The notes under the pieces are model-generated. The model did not search any database. It saw only the letters and a program-made list of their open reading frames with translations, and was not told where the DNA came from. The position numbers and the translations under genes are program-made. Shown here one piece after another: positions 19,673 through 30,438 of a stretch of 64,000 bases of DNA (positions are counted from its first letter, which is position 1; every line of letters starts with the position of its first letter). The stretch is from Bdellovibrionales bacterium (lineage in GTDB: Bacteria > Bdellovibrionota > Bdellovibrionia > Bdellovibrionales > UBA1609). The DNA is taken from assembly GCA_965200875.1 (NCBI GenBank), contig OZ241456.1, forward strand, positions 704,001 to 768,000, read 5' to 3'.

Positions 19673-20638
19673 ATGAAAATAAACAAAAAAGGATTTAGTC
19701 TTGTCGAGACTTTGATTATGATAAGTTTAACCGGTGTTGCTGTTGCCGGCCTTTCAAAAGCTATAGAAAAATCTTATGTAACTTCTAATGTAATAGAAAC
19801 ACAGCAGATAACTAGAAAATTTAAAAACAGCGTCTATCATATTTTTAATAATAATTGCAAAAATTTTTTTCCTAACACAGAACCAGCCTACTATGATCAA
19901 AATAATCCTGCAAAGATTAATAAGATGCCCTATATTTTTAATAGGTCTAACAAAAGTGAAAGTATATTTAAAGGCTTTATTGAGACTGTGGATATAACTG
20001 TATCAAGTCAAAATAATATACATAAATTCAATTTATATTACAAATATAGTGATAAAGCCAAAGCTTTAAGAGACATGAAGACAAAGGATAGCAAAGCCTG
20101 CACACCCACAGATAAAAAAGGTTGTTACCATATTACCTGTAATATTAATTATAATCATAATCTTCCCACAACACCCTGCAATCCTTTAGATTGTATTTTT
20201 GATGATAGGTCAAAAAGTGTTTTAACTAATCTTTGTGATGATGGGGAATTTTTAGTGAGGGTTACAGGAAATAAAGCAAATGATTGTTTGGGGTGTCCAA
20301 CAGGTGAAACTTTAATCGGAACAATAAAGAAAGGTGGCAACCTAGAACCTATGTGCTTAAAAAGGAAATGCCCTGACGGGGAGGTTGCAGTTGGTATAAA
20401 ACCAAAACCGACTGACCCGCCGGACCCGAAGCCTGTAAATTTTATAATGGACTGTCAGGAAGTGGCATGTCCAAGCACAAGCCAACATAAAGTACTAAAA
20501 CTTAACCCTGTCTCTGGTAAAATGGAGATGAAATGTGAACCAATCTGTCATGGTGGTCAAATATCAGACCCACTTGATAATAATAAATGTAAGTGCCCTG
20601 CCGGTAAAAACCCGGACAGGCAAGGAAATTGTGTTTAG
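19673..20638 (+). CDS. Pilin-like protein with Cys-rich C-terminus
   Basis: KKG/FSLVETLIMI; CPxGE repeats. Confidence 0.8.
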   Translation: MKINKKGFSLVETLIMISLTGVAVAGLSKAIEKSYVTSNVIETQQITRKFKNSVYHIFNNNCKNFFPNTEPAYYDQNNPAKINKMPYIFNRSNKSESIFKGFIETVDITVSSQNNIHKFNLYYKYSDKAKALRDMKTKDSKACTPTDKKGCYHITCNINYNHNLPTTPCNPLDCIFDDRSKSVLTNLCDDGEFLVRVTGNKANDCLGCPTGETLIGTIKKGGNLEPMCLKRKCPDGEVAVGIKPKPTDPPDPKPVNFIMDCQEVACPSTSQHKVLKLNPVSGKMEMKCEPICHGGQISDPLDNNKCKCPAGKNPDRQGNCV

Positions 20639-20664
20639 CCTTAACGACAGTCAATAGGAAGCGT

Positions 20665-23463
20665 ATGAGGATAAAAAGTGAGACTGGTTTTGTTGGTGGT
20701 GGCCTTCTTGGAGTACTGGGCTTTTCTCTTGTTAGTCTTACTATTGCTATGGGGAATTATAAGCTAAACACAAGGTCAATAAACAGTACCAATATTGAAA
20801 CTGTGGCCTATGCAGAGAAAGCCTTGGGAAAAACATTAAAAAATATTTTAGAGAATGAAGAGTATTGCAAGAAGTATTTAACAGGTGGAAAAATATCTGT
20901 TCTAGATGAAAATGAAAATAACGGAAATTTTAAAAATGAGGATTCTATTAAGATTATTGGTATGAAGACCCTCAACCCTCAAACTGATGCTCCCCGTATT
21001 CTGTCACCACAAAGCCAATATAAAAAAAAGATTTTTTATGTATACTACACTAAGCCAGCATTGGGAAATAAGCAAAAAAGGAGTGGTAACTGTACCAACA
21101 ACGATAAAAGAGGGTGTTACCATGTTTCCTGTGAAATAAACTATACATGTCATGGTCGTGATGCCCAAGACTGTATTGATGACATAAACAAGGTAGCCAC
21201 ATGCTCTATTGCTCCAGATAAGTGTAGCTTCCCTGGAGACTCAGATTATAAAACAAAACCTTGTGACGAAAACAAAATCAAGATAGGCATAACGCCTTGT
21301 GAAACTATCCCAGCAAATATTTTTGATGATTTGCCAAAACCACTAGAGCCACCGACACCTTCCATACAATCGATTGAAGCTTTTACCGGATTCAAGACAA
21401 GTGAGTCTAGGATAGAACCTGATACAACAGAAGTATCTAAAACCTGCCCTGAAGGGCAATATCCTGTAAGGAAAAAAATCAATGGTGAGATTGTGGTTCA
21501 ATGTCAGATTATGTGTACCGGAGGTAGCACTATAACAGACACAACCCCTCCACGCTGTGTATGTCCGTACAACGAAGATAACCCAAACGACCCGAACAAC
21601 AAACCAGTATACAAGCAAGGTGCATGCCATACCTGCCCCGTAGGTGCTACCTGGAATCAAAGTCTAAAGGAGTGTATATGCAATATTGCTGGAATTGATG
21701 GACAAGAATGGGACAGGGTTCATAACACTTGCAATTGCCCGAACAGAGCACCTTACCTTTATACTTATGCCCCGGATAAAAAAGTTTGTATTGCATGCCC
21801 CACAAATTACCTCTCATCTACCTGGCAGGTTAATAAATGTAAATGCAACAATCCGACAAATAAATGGGTTTTTGACTATAATTCCGTTAGCAAGGAAGTG
21901 CGAACAAATAAGTGTGATTGCCCAACCGGATTTTATTGGTTCGCTGGTCTTTGTAAAGCATGTATTGGCGGAACATGGGACGGAGGAACTTGTCAATGCC
22001 CAGAAACTCTATGGTGGAATTACGGTACTGGGCGGTGTGAATGTCCACAAAACTACAATTGGTATATCAAAGATAATATAGGAAAATGTATATCATGTGA
22101 AATTAGTTCTTCAGTTTGGGATACTGATCGATGTAGATGTCGTAATTCAGCCTTTAAATGGTTTCCTGACACGAATGAATGTAAATGCCCCGAAGACAAA
22201 CCATTGTATCATAATACGATATGTAAAGAATGCCCCCCAGGAATGAATGAAGGAGAATGTTCCCCATGCCCTAGCGGACAATATCAGTATGAAGGCCAGT
22301 GCATAAACTGCCCTATCAGGGCCACTTGGGATCACACGCAACAGGTGTGTAATTGTCCAGGAGAAACAGAATGGGATTATGATAGAGCTGGTAACAGAAA
22401 TCGGTGTAAATGCCCCGAAAACAAACCACTGTTTCATGGGGGGAGATGTACAACATGCGGAGTCAACTCACAATGGAATGCTACAACCAGAGTATGCGAG
22501 TGCAGAGAAGGGAAAATATGGGCTAGAACAACAAATACTTGTATAGTATGCCCCGAAAACAAACCACATTGGTATTCTGAGCAATGTAACCGATGCCTAG
22601 AAGGGCAATATGATTACGATAACAGATGTCACAAATGCCCTAGCGGACAATATTTTAGACCTGGAGAAAATAGATGTGCACATTGCTCTAGTTACGCAAC
22701 AACCTTTGAATACACAGATGATGGTAACAATAGATGTACATGCCAAAATACAGCATTACCTCAATTATCGGTTCATACCATAGGTAGAGGCATTAATAGC
22801 AGTCGGCAAGCTTTCTGTGCAGCATGCCCTGACGATGCACCTTGGGATGAATCAACAAATCGATGTGATTGTGGAAGAGATGACAGAGGATTTCTCAGAG
22901 GAATGATCTCTGAAGTAAAAGACGGGAGATTAACCCTGATAACCTGCATATGTCCTAGAGTTATACCGACAAGAAATAATCCGACAATGCAAAGATTTCA
23001 AAGCAAATTCAGTAGAACACTTAAAAAATGTATATGGTGTCCACAAGATGCAACATGGAATAAAACAACCGGTCGATGTGACTGTCCTGCCGGGAAAAAC
23101 TGGTGGTACACTCTTGATATTTCTAGCCGGCAAATTGGAAGTCAATGTATATGGTGTCCACAAGATGCAACATGGAATGAAACAACCAGGCGATGTGACT
23201 GTCCTACCGGAACAAGCTGGTTATACAGTGATGACTCTAGTGGACAGCAAACAGGTAGTCGATGTATTTGTTCTCCTGTTGAATTTCAAGACGGGCAAAC
23301 CTTCCAGAGAAATTACAGTTATACACTTAACAAATGTGTATGGTGTCCAGAAGATGCAACATGGAATGAAACAACCGGTCTATGTGACTGTCCTGCCGGG
23401 AAAAGATGGTGGTATAATATTAATTCTGATGGCGTTCAAAATGGAAGTAACTGTATTGATTGA
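20665..23463 (+). CDS. Large pilin-like (G/F start, no E5) protein with long Cys-rich repeat region; putative tip adhesin
   Basis: SETG/FVGGGLLGVLG; numerous CPxxxxW...CxC units; three near-identical CxWCPxDATWNxTTxxCDCP repeats. Confidence 0.75.
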   Translation: MRIKSETGFVGGGLLGVLGFSLVSLTIAMGNYKLNTRSINSTNIETVAYAEKALGKTLKNILENEEYCKKYLTGGKISVLDENENNGNFKNEDSIKIIGMKTLNPQTDAPRILSPQSQYKKKIFYVYYTKPALGNKQKRSGNCTNNDKRGCYHVSCEINYTCHGRDAQDCIDDINKVATCSIAPDKCSFPGDSDYKTKPCDENKIKIGITPCETIPANIFDDLPKPLEPPTPSIQSIEAFTGFKTSESRIEPDTTEVSKTCPEGQYPVRKKINGEIVVQCQIMCTGGSTITDTTPPRCVCPYNEDNPNDPNNKPVYKQGACHTCPVGATWNQSLKECICNIAGIDGQEWDRVHNTCNCPNRAPYLYTYAPDKKVCIACPTNYLSSTWQVNKCKCNNPTNKWVFDYNSVSKEVRTNKCDCPTGFYWFAGLCKACIGGTWDGGTCQCPETLWWNYGTGRCECPQNYNWYIKDNIGKCISCEISSSVWDTDRCRCRNSAFKWFPDTNECKCPEDKPLYHNTICKECPPGMNEGECSPCPSGQYQYEGQCINCPIRATWDHTQQVCNCPGETEWDYDRAGNRNRCKCPENKPLFHGGRCTTCGVNSQWNATTRVCECREGKIWARTTNTCIVCPENKPHWYSEQCNRCLEGQYDYDNRCHKCPSGQYFRPGENRCAHCSSYATTFEYTDDGNNRCTCQNTALPQLSVHTIGRGINSSRQAFCAACPDDAPWDESTNRCDCGRDDRGFLRGMISEVKDGRLTLITCICPRVIPTRNNPTMQRFQSKFSRTLKKCIWCPQDATWNKTTGRCDCPAGKNWWYTLDISSRQIGSQCIWCPQDATWNETTRRCDCPTGTSWLYSDDSSGQQTGSRCICSPVEFQDGQTFQRNYSYTLNKCVWCPEDATWNETTGLCDCPAGKRWWYNINSDGVQNGSNCID

Positions 23464-23647
23464 TAATTCACTTTTGAAGATAAAGCATTAAGACAAAGGA
23501 AAATGTTAAGACTATGATTCATATCCCGTGTAAAGATTTCATATATTTATTTTTTTAATTGTTTTTCATAAAATTCTGTATTATACATAATAAGTACCTT
23601 TTGTTCCTAAAAAGAAGGTTTTTTATGAATGATGAAAAGAGTAAATT

Positions 23648-24121
23648 ATGAAAATTATAATTCCTTTACTATTTTTAAGCTTAGGTGCTTTTGTTAGTGG
23701 TACCGAAGCCCGGTGTAATGCCAATAATTATCAAGATTATATCTATAAGTTCGGACATCATCAGTGTGATTTGTCCGGTGCGAATTTACAAGATGCTAAT
23801 TTTACCGATGCGAATTTGATTGAGGCGAATTTTACCGGAGCGGATTTGTTCAAGGCGAATTTTACCAATGCGAATTTGATTGAGGTGAATTTTACCGGAG
23901 CGGATTTATTTGGTGCGAATTTTACCAATGCGTATTTGCTCTTTGCGACTTTTAGCGGCGCGAATTTATTTAAGGCGAATTTTAGTGGGGTGGATTTGCG
24001 CAGGAGTGATTTTACCGGAGCGTATTTGTTCGGGACGAATTTTATCGGCGCGAAAGTTGATTCGAAATTGGCGACTTATTTAGCCTCAAAAGGTGTGAGT
24101 GGTTTTGTTATTGTAGAATAA
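23648..24121 (+). CDS. Secreted pentapeptide-repeat protein
   Basis: Family N-cap CNANNYQDYIY...HQCDL and C-cap YLASKGVSGFVIVE. Confidence 0.9.
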   Translation: MKIIIPLLFLSLGAFVSGTEARCNANNYQDYIYKFGHHQCDLSGANLQDANFTDANLIEANFTGADLFKANFTNANLIEVNFTGADLFGANFTNAYLLFATFSGANLFKANFSGVDLRRSDFTGAYLFGTNFIGAKVDSKLATYLASKGVSGFVIVE

Positions 24122-24242
24122 GGTTTACTTTGATTCTTATGTAATTTTCATAATTCCTTTGGTTATAAAACGCCTGTCTATATCACTTGCAAATCTTTTT
24201 TATAAAAAAGTTAAATAGTCGTCAGTGGGAGGATTATAGGAT

Positions 24243-25223
24243 ATGAAATTAGCGAGCATGAAATCAGGTAATAGAGATGGCAGTTTGATTGTGGTTTCTG
24301 AGGATAACAAAGTTGGAGTTTCTGCAGAACAAATCTCAGGTTCTTTAAGAGAGGCAGTTGAAAACTGGAATACTGTTAAGCCTACTTTGGAGAGTTTGTA
24401 CGAGGAATTAAACAAATCCCATCTGGCTGGCACTTTTCCTATAAATCTGGAAAGCCTGACAGCTCCTTTGCCAAGAAGTTTCTCATGGATAGATGGTTCT
24501 GCTTATATCCAGCATATTAAGTTGGTGCGTAAAGCCAGAGGTGCTTCCTTGCCTGAAACATTGGAAACCATACCTCTTGTTTATCAAGGTGGAGGGGACA
24601 GTTTTTTAGGTCCTTATGAGGATATTCCTCAGAGAGACTTCGCTCATGGAACGGATTTTGAGGCAGAAGTGGGTGTAATTGTGAGTGACACTCCAATGGG
24701 CATCAGTGCGGAAGAAGCGTTGGATCATATTATTTTATTCGTGCTCATAAACGATATTTCCCTTAGAGGTTTAATCCCAGAGGAATTAAAAAGAGGTTTT
24801 GGTTTTTTGCAGAGTAAACCTTCCAGCAGTTTTGCTCCTTTTGCTGTAACGGCAGATGAGCTGGGGGAAAGTTGGCGGGAAGGTCGTATTCATTTACCCA
24901 TGCTGGTTGAATTTAACGAAAAATCCTTTGGCAGGGCTTCTGCAGGAGAAATGCACTTTCATTTTGGACAGATTATTGCTCATTCTGCCAAGACACGTAG
25001 TTTAAGTGCGGGCACTGTTATTGGAAGTGGCACTGTTTCCAATCAAGATACTTCTGTGGGTTGTAGCTGTATAGCGGAAAAAAGAATGTTGGAAAAAATT
25101 AACACGGGTAAAATAAGTACAGATTTTATGAAAGTGGGTGATAGGGTAAAAATAGAAGTTTTAGACAGATCTGGAAAAAATATTTTCGGGACCATTAAAC
25201 AAAAAGTAACACAATGGAAATAG
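24243..25223 (+). CDS. Fumarylacetoacetate hydrolase family protein
   Basis: DGSAYIQH, YQGGGD, DFEAEV, NDISLR, GFLQSKP, GSGTVSN. Confidence 0.9.
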   Translation: MKLASMKSGNRDGSLIVVSEDNKVGVSAEQISGSLREAVENWNTVKPTLESLYEELNKSHLAGTFPINLESLTAPLPRSFSWIDGSAYIQHIKLVRKARGASLPETLETIPLVYQGGGDSFLGPYEDIPQRDFAHGTDFEAEVGVIVSDTPMGISAEEALDHIILFVLINDISLRGLIPEELKRGFGFLQSKPSSSFAPFAVTADELGESWREGRIHLPMLVEFNEKSFGRASAGEMHFHFGQIIAHSAKTRSLSAGTVIGSGTVSNQDTSVGCSCIAEKRMLEKINTGKISTDFMKVGDRVKIEVLDRSGKNIFGTIKQKVTQWK

Positions 25224-25226
25224 GAA

Positions 25227-25892
25227 TTGGCGACCCAGCCATCGATTCCGGGCAATGCAAACCAGGGGGCATACCTGAAACAGGAATCTTCAAAAAAAAA
25301 CCGATTGCTAATTTTAGCCAGTGGGCAAGGTTCTTTATTCCTCAGTATTGTTCAGGCTTGTAAAGTCGGTCATCTTACCGCAGAAGTTATTGGTTTACTG
25401 AGTGACAACAACAAGGCATTGGCACTAAAAAAAGCGCGGGTAGAAAGAATAGCTGTAAAAATATTAAATCCTGAAAATTTTATTTCTTTTTCCAAATGGG
25501 ATGAGGAACTTTGTAACCATTTAAAAGAAAAAAAACCGGATTGGATTTTATTGGCGGGTTTTCTTAAAAAAATAGGTCCAAAAGTTTTATCTGCTTTTAA
25601 GAATCGTGTGTTGAATATTCATCCTTCTTTACTTCCTGATTATGGAGGAAGAGGTATGTACGGTATCCATGTTCACCGCGCTGTTATTACAGGAAAGAAT
25701 AAGAAAACCGGTATCTCCGTTCATCTGGTATCTGAAGAATATGATAAAGGTTCCATATTGGCGCAAAAAGAACTTCTGGTGTTTGAGAAGGACACTCCAG
25801 AGTCTTTGCAAAAAAGAGTAAAAGAGGCAGAACAGATTTTTTATGTTTCTGTACTGCAAAAAATTATTTCTGGTGAAATTCGCGTTGAATGA
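25227..25892 (+). CDS. purN: Phosphoribosylglycinamide formyltransferase
   Basis: LASGQGS, LAGFLK, LNIHPSLLP, YDKG. Confidence 0.93.
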   Translation: MATQPSIPGNANQGAYLKQESSKKNRLLILASGQGSLFLSIVQACKVGHLTAEVIGLLSDNNKALALKKARVERIAVKILNPENFISFSKWDEELCNHLKEKKPDWILLAGFLKKIGPKVLSAFKNRVLNIHPSLLPDYGGRGMYGIHVHRAVITGKNKKTGISVHLVSEEYDKGSILAQKELLVFEKDTPESLQKRVKEAEQIFYVSVLQKIISGEIRVE

Positions 25893-25906
25893 AATAAAAT
25901 GCTAAG

Positions 25907-25992
25907 TAGTGGTCTGTGAAAAAGTGTGTTATTTTGACTGGATTCCTGCTTGCGCGGGGCTGAAAAGCCAAAGATTTGGCTTCCCAGTTTTT
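25907..25992 (+). repeat. Partial family B element
   Basis: TAGTGGTCTGTGAAAAAGTGTGTTATTTT...GATTCC...TGAAAAGCCAA resembles 62632-62710. Confidence 0.55.
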
Positions 25993-26014
25993 CAATAAAA
26001 AAGTGTGGTTCTCT

Positions 26015-26980
26015 ATGAATAAAAAAGTATGGTTCGCGTCCGCGCCGTCTAATCTGGCTTTAATTAAATACGCGGGAAAAAAAAACAAAAGTAATTTACC
26101 TTTAAATGGGTCTTTTTCTTATACTTTGGATCATCTTTTTACCAAAGTTAAAATTACATCTATTGAAGGCGAGAGAGATCGCTATGAACCTCTTAAAGAT
26201 GAAGAATGTTTGTCTCTCACTCTTTCTTCTCTTTCTGTCAAAAGATTTTTGGATTTTTTTAAAATATTAAAAAAAACTTTTCAGGTTCCTGGGGTTTATC
26301 TTGTGCAATCGGCTAATAATTTTCCCGCGTCAGCGGGTGTGGCCAGTTCCGCTTCCAGTTTTTGTGCTCTTACCAGAGCAAGTTACAAAATGGCCTTATC
26401 CTGTTCGTCTGCTCCAGAAGAAGTGGAGAGTTTTACGGACTCTTATCTTTCTATATTGAGTCGTAGTGGTTCAGGTTCTTCGTGTCGTTCGTTTTTTCGC
26501 CCTTGGGCTTTGTGGGAAGGAGAGGGGGCGCGAGCGGTGAATTTGCCTTTTTCTTATTTAATACATAAATTTATAGTGGTGGATCGTAAAAAAAAAGAAG
26601 TATCATCTTCCACTGCACACGAAAAAATTTTAACCAGTCCTTCTTTTGCCGGGCGGGTGGAAAGAGCGGAAAAAAGACTATCCGACCTCTTGTTGGCTTT
26701 AAAGGGACAAAATTGGAAAACATGTTTTGAGATAACCTGGGATGAATTTCAGGATTTGCATACGCTTTATGAAAATGCTGGAATTTTTTATCGTAATAAG
26801 AAAAGCCATGAAATTTTGAACACAGTTAAAACCTTTTGGGAACAGGAAAGAGATGGGCCTTTAGTGACAATGGATGCCGGTTCTGCTGTTCATTTGTTGT
26901 ATCGTCCGGATCAAGAACATACGGCAAATCGCCTTGCTTCTCTTTTACCGCCGGCTTTTTCTCCCGGAAAAAGTTTATAA
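26015..26980 (+). CDS. mvaD: Diphosphomevalonate decarboxylase
   Basis: APSNLALIKYAGK, NNFPASAGVASSASS, SRSGSGSSCRS, TMDAG. Confidence 0.88.
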   Translation: MNKKVWFASAPSNLALIKYAGKKNKSNLPLNGSFSYTLDHLFTKVKITSIEGERDRYEPLKDEECLSLTLSSLSVKRFLDFFKILKKTFQVPGVYLVQSANNFPASAGVASSASSFCALTRASYKMALSCSSAPEEVESFTDSYLSILSRSGSGSSCRSFFRPWALWEGEGARAVNLPFSYLIHKFIVVDRKKKEVSSSTAHEKILTSPSFAGRVERAEKRLSDLLLALKGQNWKTCFEITWDEFQDLHTLYENAGIFYRNKKSHEILNTVKTFWEQERDGPLVTMDAGSAVHLLYRPDQEHTANRLASLLPPAFSPGKSL

Positions 26981-26999
26981 AAAGAAAACATTTCACCTG

Positions 27000-27029
27000 T
27001 TGACAGCGGGTTGTAAGTGGTTTTATGAT
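27000..27029 (+). promoter_or_regulatory. Putative sigma70 promoter for ahpC
   Basis: TTGACA-18 nt-TATGAT. Confidence 0.5.
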
Positions 27030-27123
27030 TTGAGCTTTAAGTCAAACCCAGGGCGTGGTTTTTAATGTATTCAATCGCCCGTGCACAAATTTTTAACATA
27101 AACACATAACCAAGGAGGTTTCA

Positions 27124-27660
27124 ATGTTAGGAGTAGGGGATTTTTTTCCTTCTTTTAAAGTAAAAGCAACAGTTTCGTCTGAAAAAGATCTGGATAAGGC
27201 GTTTATAGATGTGGATAATTCCACTTATACAGATAAGTGGCTTGTTTTTTTCTTTTATCCAAAGGACTTTACTTTTGTTTGTCCCACAGAATTAAAGGGT
27301 TTCGGGGATTTAAACAAGGAGTTTAATGACAGAAACACTCAGGTGCTGGCTGGTTCCACGGATTCTGAATTTGTGCATCACGCGTGGAGAAAACATGAAA
27401 AAGATTTACAAGATCTGCCTTTTCCCATGTTGGCGGATGTAAAAAGAGAGCTGACAGCCAGTTTGGGCATTCAGGATCCTGACGAAGGAGTGGCTCAAAG
27501 AGCAACATACATAGTGGATCCTAAAGGAAAGATCCGTTTTGTTTATGTTACGGATTTAAGTGTTGGCAGAAATCCAAAAGAAGTTTTGAGAATATTGGAT
27601 GCTCTTCAAACCAATAAGCTTTGTCCTTGTGACTGGAAACAGGGAGAGGAAACCTTGTGA
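27124..27660 (+). CDS. ahpC: 2-Cys peroxiredoxin
   Basis: FYPKDFTFVCPTE; LCPCDW. Confidence 0.93.
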   Translation: MLGVGDFFPSFKVKATVSSEKDLDKAFIDVDNSTYTDKWLVFFFYPKDFTFVCPTELKGFGDLNKEFNDRNTQVLAGSTDSEFVHHAWRKHEKDLQDLPFPMLADVKRELTASLGIQDPDEGVAQRATYIVDPKGKIRFVYVTDLSVGRNPKEVLRILDALQTNKLCPCDWKQGEETL

Positions 27661-28100
27661 GCGATGTAAGAGAAAAAACATATAAAAATAAAGAGGTATT
27701 GGACCTTTTAGGTCAAATTTATCAGTGTGAAATGGCTGGTGTAAACCGCTATCTGCATTATTCCTTTATGATAATGGGCTATAATCGCATTCCCATTCAA
27801 AAGTGGTTTCGGGAACAGGCTCAGGAGGCCATCACACATGCTACTCTTATTGGCGAAAAAATCACCTCTTTAGGTGGTCACCCTCCTATTTTATCCTCTC
27901 AGGTAAAGGAAGGACCTAATCACAGTATTAAACAGCTTTTGGAGGAAAGCCTTCATTTCGAGGAAGAGGCTATTCGGATGTACAAAAAGCTTGCTGATTT
28001 GTCTGAAAAGTATGAAGACATGGCCTTACAGGAAATGACTTACGCGCTGATTAAAGAAGAAGTGGAACATGTGGATGAAATTCGCAAAATGCTCTTATAA
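27657..28100 (+). CDS. Ferritin-like / bacterioferritin-family protein
   Basis: E..Y..H, EAITH, EEEAI, EEVEH diiron-type motifs. Confidence 0.8.
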   Translation: MSDVREKTYKNKEVLDLLGQIYQCEMAGVNRYLHYSFMIMGYNRIPIQKWFREQAQEAITHATLIGEKITSLGGHPPILSSQVKEGPNHSIKQLLEESLHFEEEAIRMYKKLADLSEKYEDMALQEMTYALIKEEVEHVDEIRKMLL

Positions 28101-28212
28101 AAAAAAGAATGTTTATCATTTTTCTGCCCCTGCTTCTTGCGCAAAAAGAAGGTTAAGCCTAGGAAACATAAAAAACCCAAGAAACATCAGACTTCTCAAT
28201 CTCGAAAAAAGC

Positions 28213-29367
28213 TTATTTTATTAAGTGTTCTTGAATGGCCTTTATAGTTCTTATAAAGTATTTGTGTTGGACTTTTTTTCCATTTATAAAAAAAGCCGGT
28301 GTGCCTTTGATATTCATATCTTTTCCTGCTTTAATTTGTTTTTCAAGCACTTCCTCTGAGGCTGGAGAGTCTGTGCAATCATGCCACTTTTTCCATTCCA
28401 TGTTCTTCAGATGACGACTAAAGATCTCTATTTTTTCCAAAGCTTTTTTGTTATTTCTCAGGTTTATAAATTCTTTTTGATGTTCAAAAATAATACCATG
28501 AATGTCCCAGCCATTTTTTTGTTTTTCCGCACAGTAAACAGCTTTAGTAAGTGCACAGGAAACTCTTTTGTTTTTGCATTGATCCAAAGGAAATGAAAAA
28601 TACTCTATTCTTGCTTGTGGGTTGGAGGCTTTGAATTTTTTTAGGGTGTAATAACTGTTTCTGCAATGAAAGCAAAGAAAATCTGCAAATTCTTTTATGG
28701 TGATTACAGCTTTGTCCTTGGTGGGACCTGTCGCCAAAAGTTCTGTTTCTCCGGTTTTTTTTACGGGAGCTGAGAGCCAGTCCATAAGATTGTTTTTCAC
28801 AATTTTTTGAGTGGACTTTATGTCATACATATTTATAAAGATTAAATGTATAAGAGCACTGATCGGCAACAATGCGAAAAGCGCGCAGGACAGAAACACT
28901 CGTGCTTGCTTGAAAATAGGAACAGAAATGTATTTTTTCGCATAAGGAAAAACACAAAAAACAACAACAAAAGACAATAAGTAAAGCCCTATACAGAAAG
29001 GACAGAAAAGTTTCAGTAAAAAAGCGGAAATACCCAACATAATTAAGGAAGCACTTGCGGAAAGAGCGGAAAAAACACCAATTGAAAACCATATTATTGA
29101 AGGTTTGTCCCATCCTATGAGTAAAAAAAGAGAAAGAAAAAGCAATATCAGATGAGTGGCAAATCCCCAATTGGAAACAGGAATACCGGCAAAATCAGAG
29201 TAATTGGAAAGAAGTGTGTTATCACAGTTAATAAAATCATTAATATGACAAATTTTGGAGTTTTCTGTGTTATCAACAGACAGGGAATAGGATCTTGAGC
29301 TTAGGTATAACTGTAGGCCCATAGACAAAACAGAGCAAATAAAAACAATATATAACGCTTTTTTCAT
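28213..29367 (-). CDS. VKOR-family membrane domain fused to DsbA-like thioredoxin
   Basis: CHINDFINCD, CPFC in TM; DFLCFHC; GTPAFFING. Confidence 0.88.
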   Translation of the reverse strand: MKKALYIVFICSVLSMGLQLYLSSRSYSLSVDNTENSKICHINDFINCDNTLLSNYSDFAGIPVSNWGFATHLILLFLSLFLLIGWDKPSIIWFSIGVFSALSASASLIMLGISAFLLKLFCPFCIGLYLLSFVVVFCVFPYAKKYISVPIFKQARVFLSCALFALLPISALIHLIFINMYDIKSTQKIVKNNLMDWLSAPVKKTGETELLATGPTKDKAVITIKEFADFLCFHCRNSYYTLKKFKASNPQARIEYFSFPLDQCKNKRVSCALTKAVYCAEKQKNGWDIHGIIFEHQKEFINLRNNKKALEKIEIFSRHLKNMEWKKWHDCTDSPASEEVLEKQIKAGKDMNIKGTPAFFINGKKVQHKYFIRTIKAIQEHLIK

Positions 29368-29594
29368 AATTTTTCTGGATTAAAAGTGAAAGCTTTAATG
29401 CTTTGAGTAATTATCATATTTATTACTTTTTTTTCAAGACTTTTTGCGTCTTGATTTTTAGTTTACTTTTGGTGTTATACTGGATTTTCCATCCTTTGCT
29501 TATGCTTTCGTTGGGGAGAGGGTTCAAAATATGTTTATTGACTGAAAGACTGGAAAAACCAGTGTAAAAAACTGTTGATATATTGCAGGTAATC

Positions 29595-30254
29595 ATGAAA
29601 AAAGAATTTTTAGTAAATAATAAAATGAACTACCGGGTACAAATAGGAGAGAAGGTTTTTATTTTAACTCGCAGTGAGTTGTTTTTGAGGATTTTTGACG
29701 AAGTTTTGGGTCAAACAACAAAAATACAAAGAGCCGGCGAGTCAGTTTGGCGTAGTTTGAATGAAACTGCTGAATGGAATTTAATATGTGGCTTTGAAAA
29801 AGATAAGAAAATATGGACTTTGCTTCTTCCAGTTGGTCGCAAATTGGCTTGTTTCCAAAATTATTTGCCAGTGAAGAAAAAACAGCCTGTGCCAGAATTT
29901 TCAAATCAGATAATAAAACAGAAAAAATATGTTTTTAAACAGAAAGGGCCTTACAGTACAAAGCAGATTTCTTTCTTTTTGAAAATGGGGATTTGTTCAG
30001 ACAGGGATTTTATTTGGAGAGAACCATTTAAAAAGTGGAAAAAAATTTCTTTGGTTTCAGAATTTTCTACAAATCCTGCTCAGACAATAAAAGATATTTT
30101 AACTCAACAGCACAGAAAATACATTTCCAAGAGGGTAAAAATGATTCGTTATTCTCCTTCTCAGCCGGCTTTGGATTGGCTTGAATTGCAGAAAACAGTA
30201 CAAAATTTTCAGAAAGAGTCAGTTTATGAAAAAGAGGCCAGAGAGTCTGAATGA
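29595..30254 (+). CDS. Hypothetical protein with GYF_2-like domain
   Basis: QKGPYS...IWREPFKKWKKISLVSEF. Confidence 0.55.
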   Translation: MKKEFLVNNKMNYRVQIGEKVFILTRSELFLRIFDEVLGQTTKIQRAGESVWRSLNETAEWNLICGFEKDKKIWTLLLPVGRKLACFQNYLPVKKKQPVPEFSNQIIKQKKYVFKQKGPYSTKQISFFLKMGICSDRDFIWREPFKKWKKISLVSEFSTNPAQTIKDILTQQHRKYISKRVKMIRYSPSQPALDWLELQKTVQNFQKESVYEKEARESE

Positions 30255-30438
30255 TATGGTTGATTTGCGGGATTTATGGTGCTACCTTCAGGATTTATGG
30301 TGTTGCCTTTTAAAGTAAAGGCTTTTGTCACTGAATTGGCTTAACATGTACAAAAAAAGTATTACTTTTTCACGCCCGCCGGATATGGTGTTTTTTGGAA
30401 TTTGAGTTTCATTCAAGCAAGAAAGAAGGAGTATAAAA

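Noticed and set aside
30270..30310. 21-bp tandem duplication GGATTTATGGTGxTxCCTT
   Set aside because: Two copies only; no further structure
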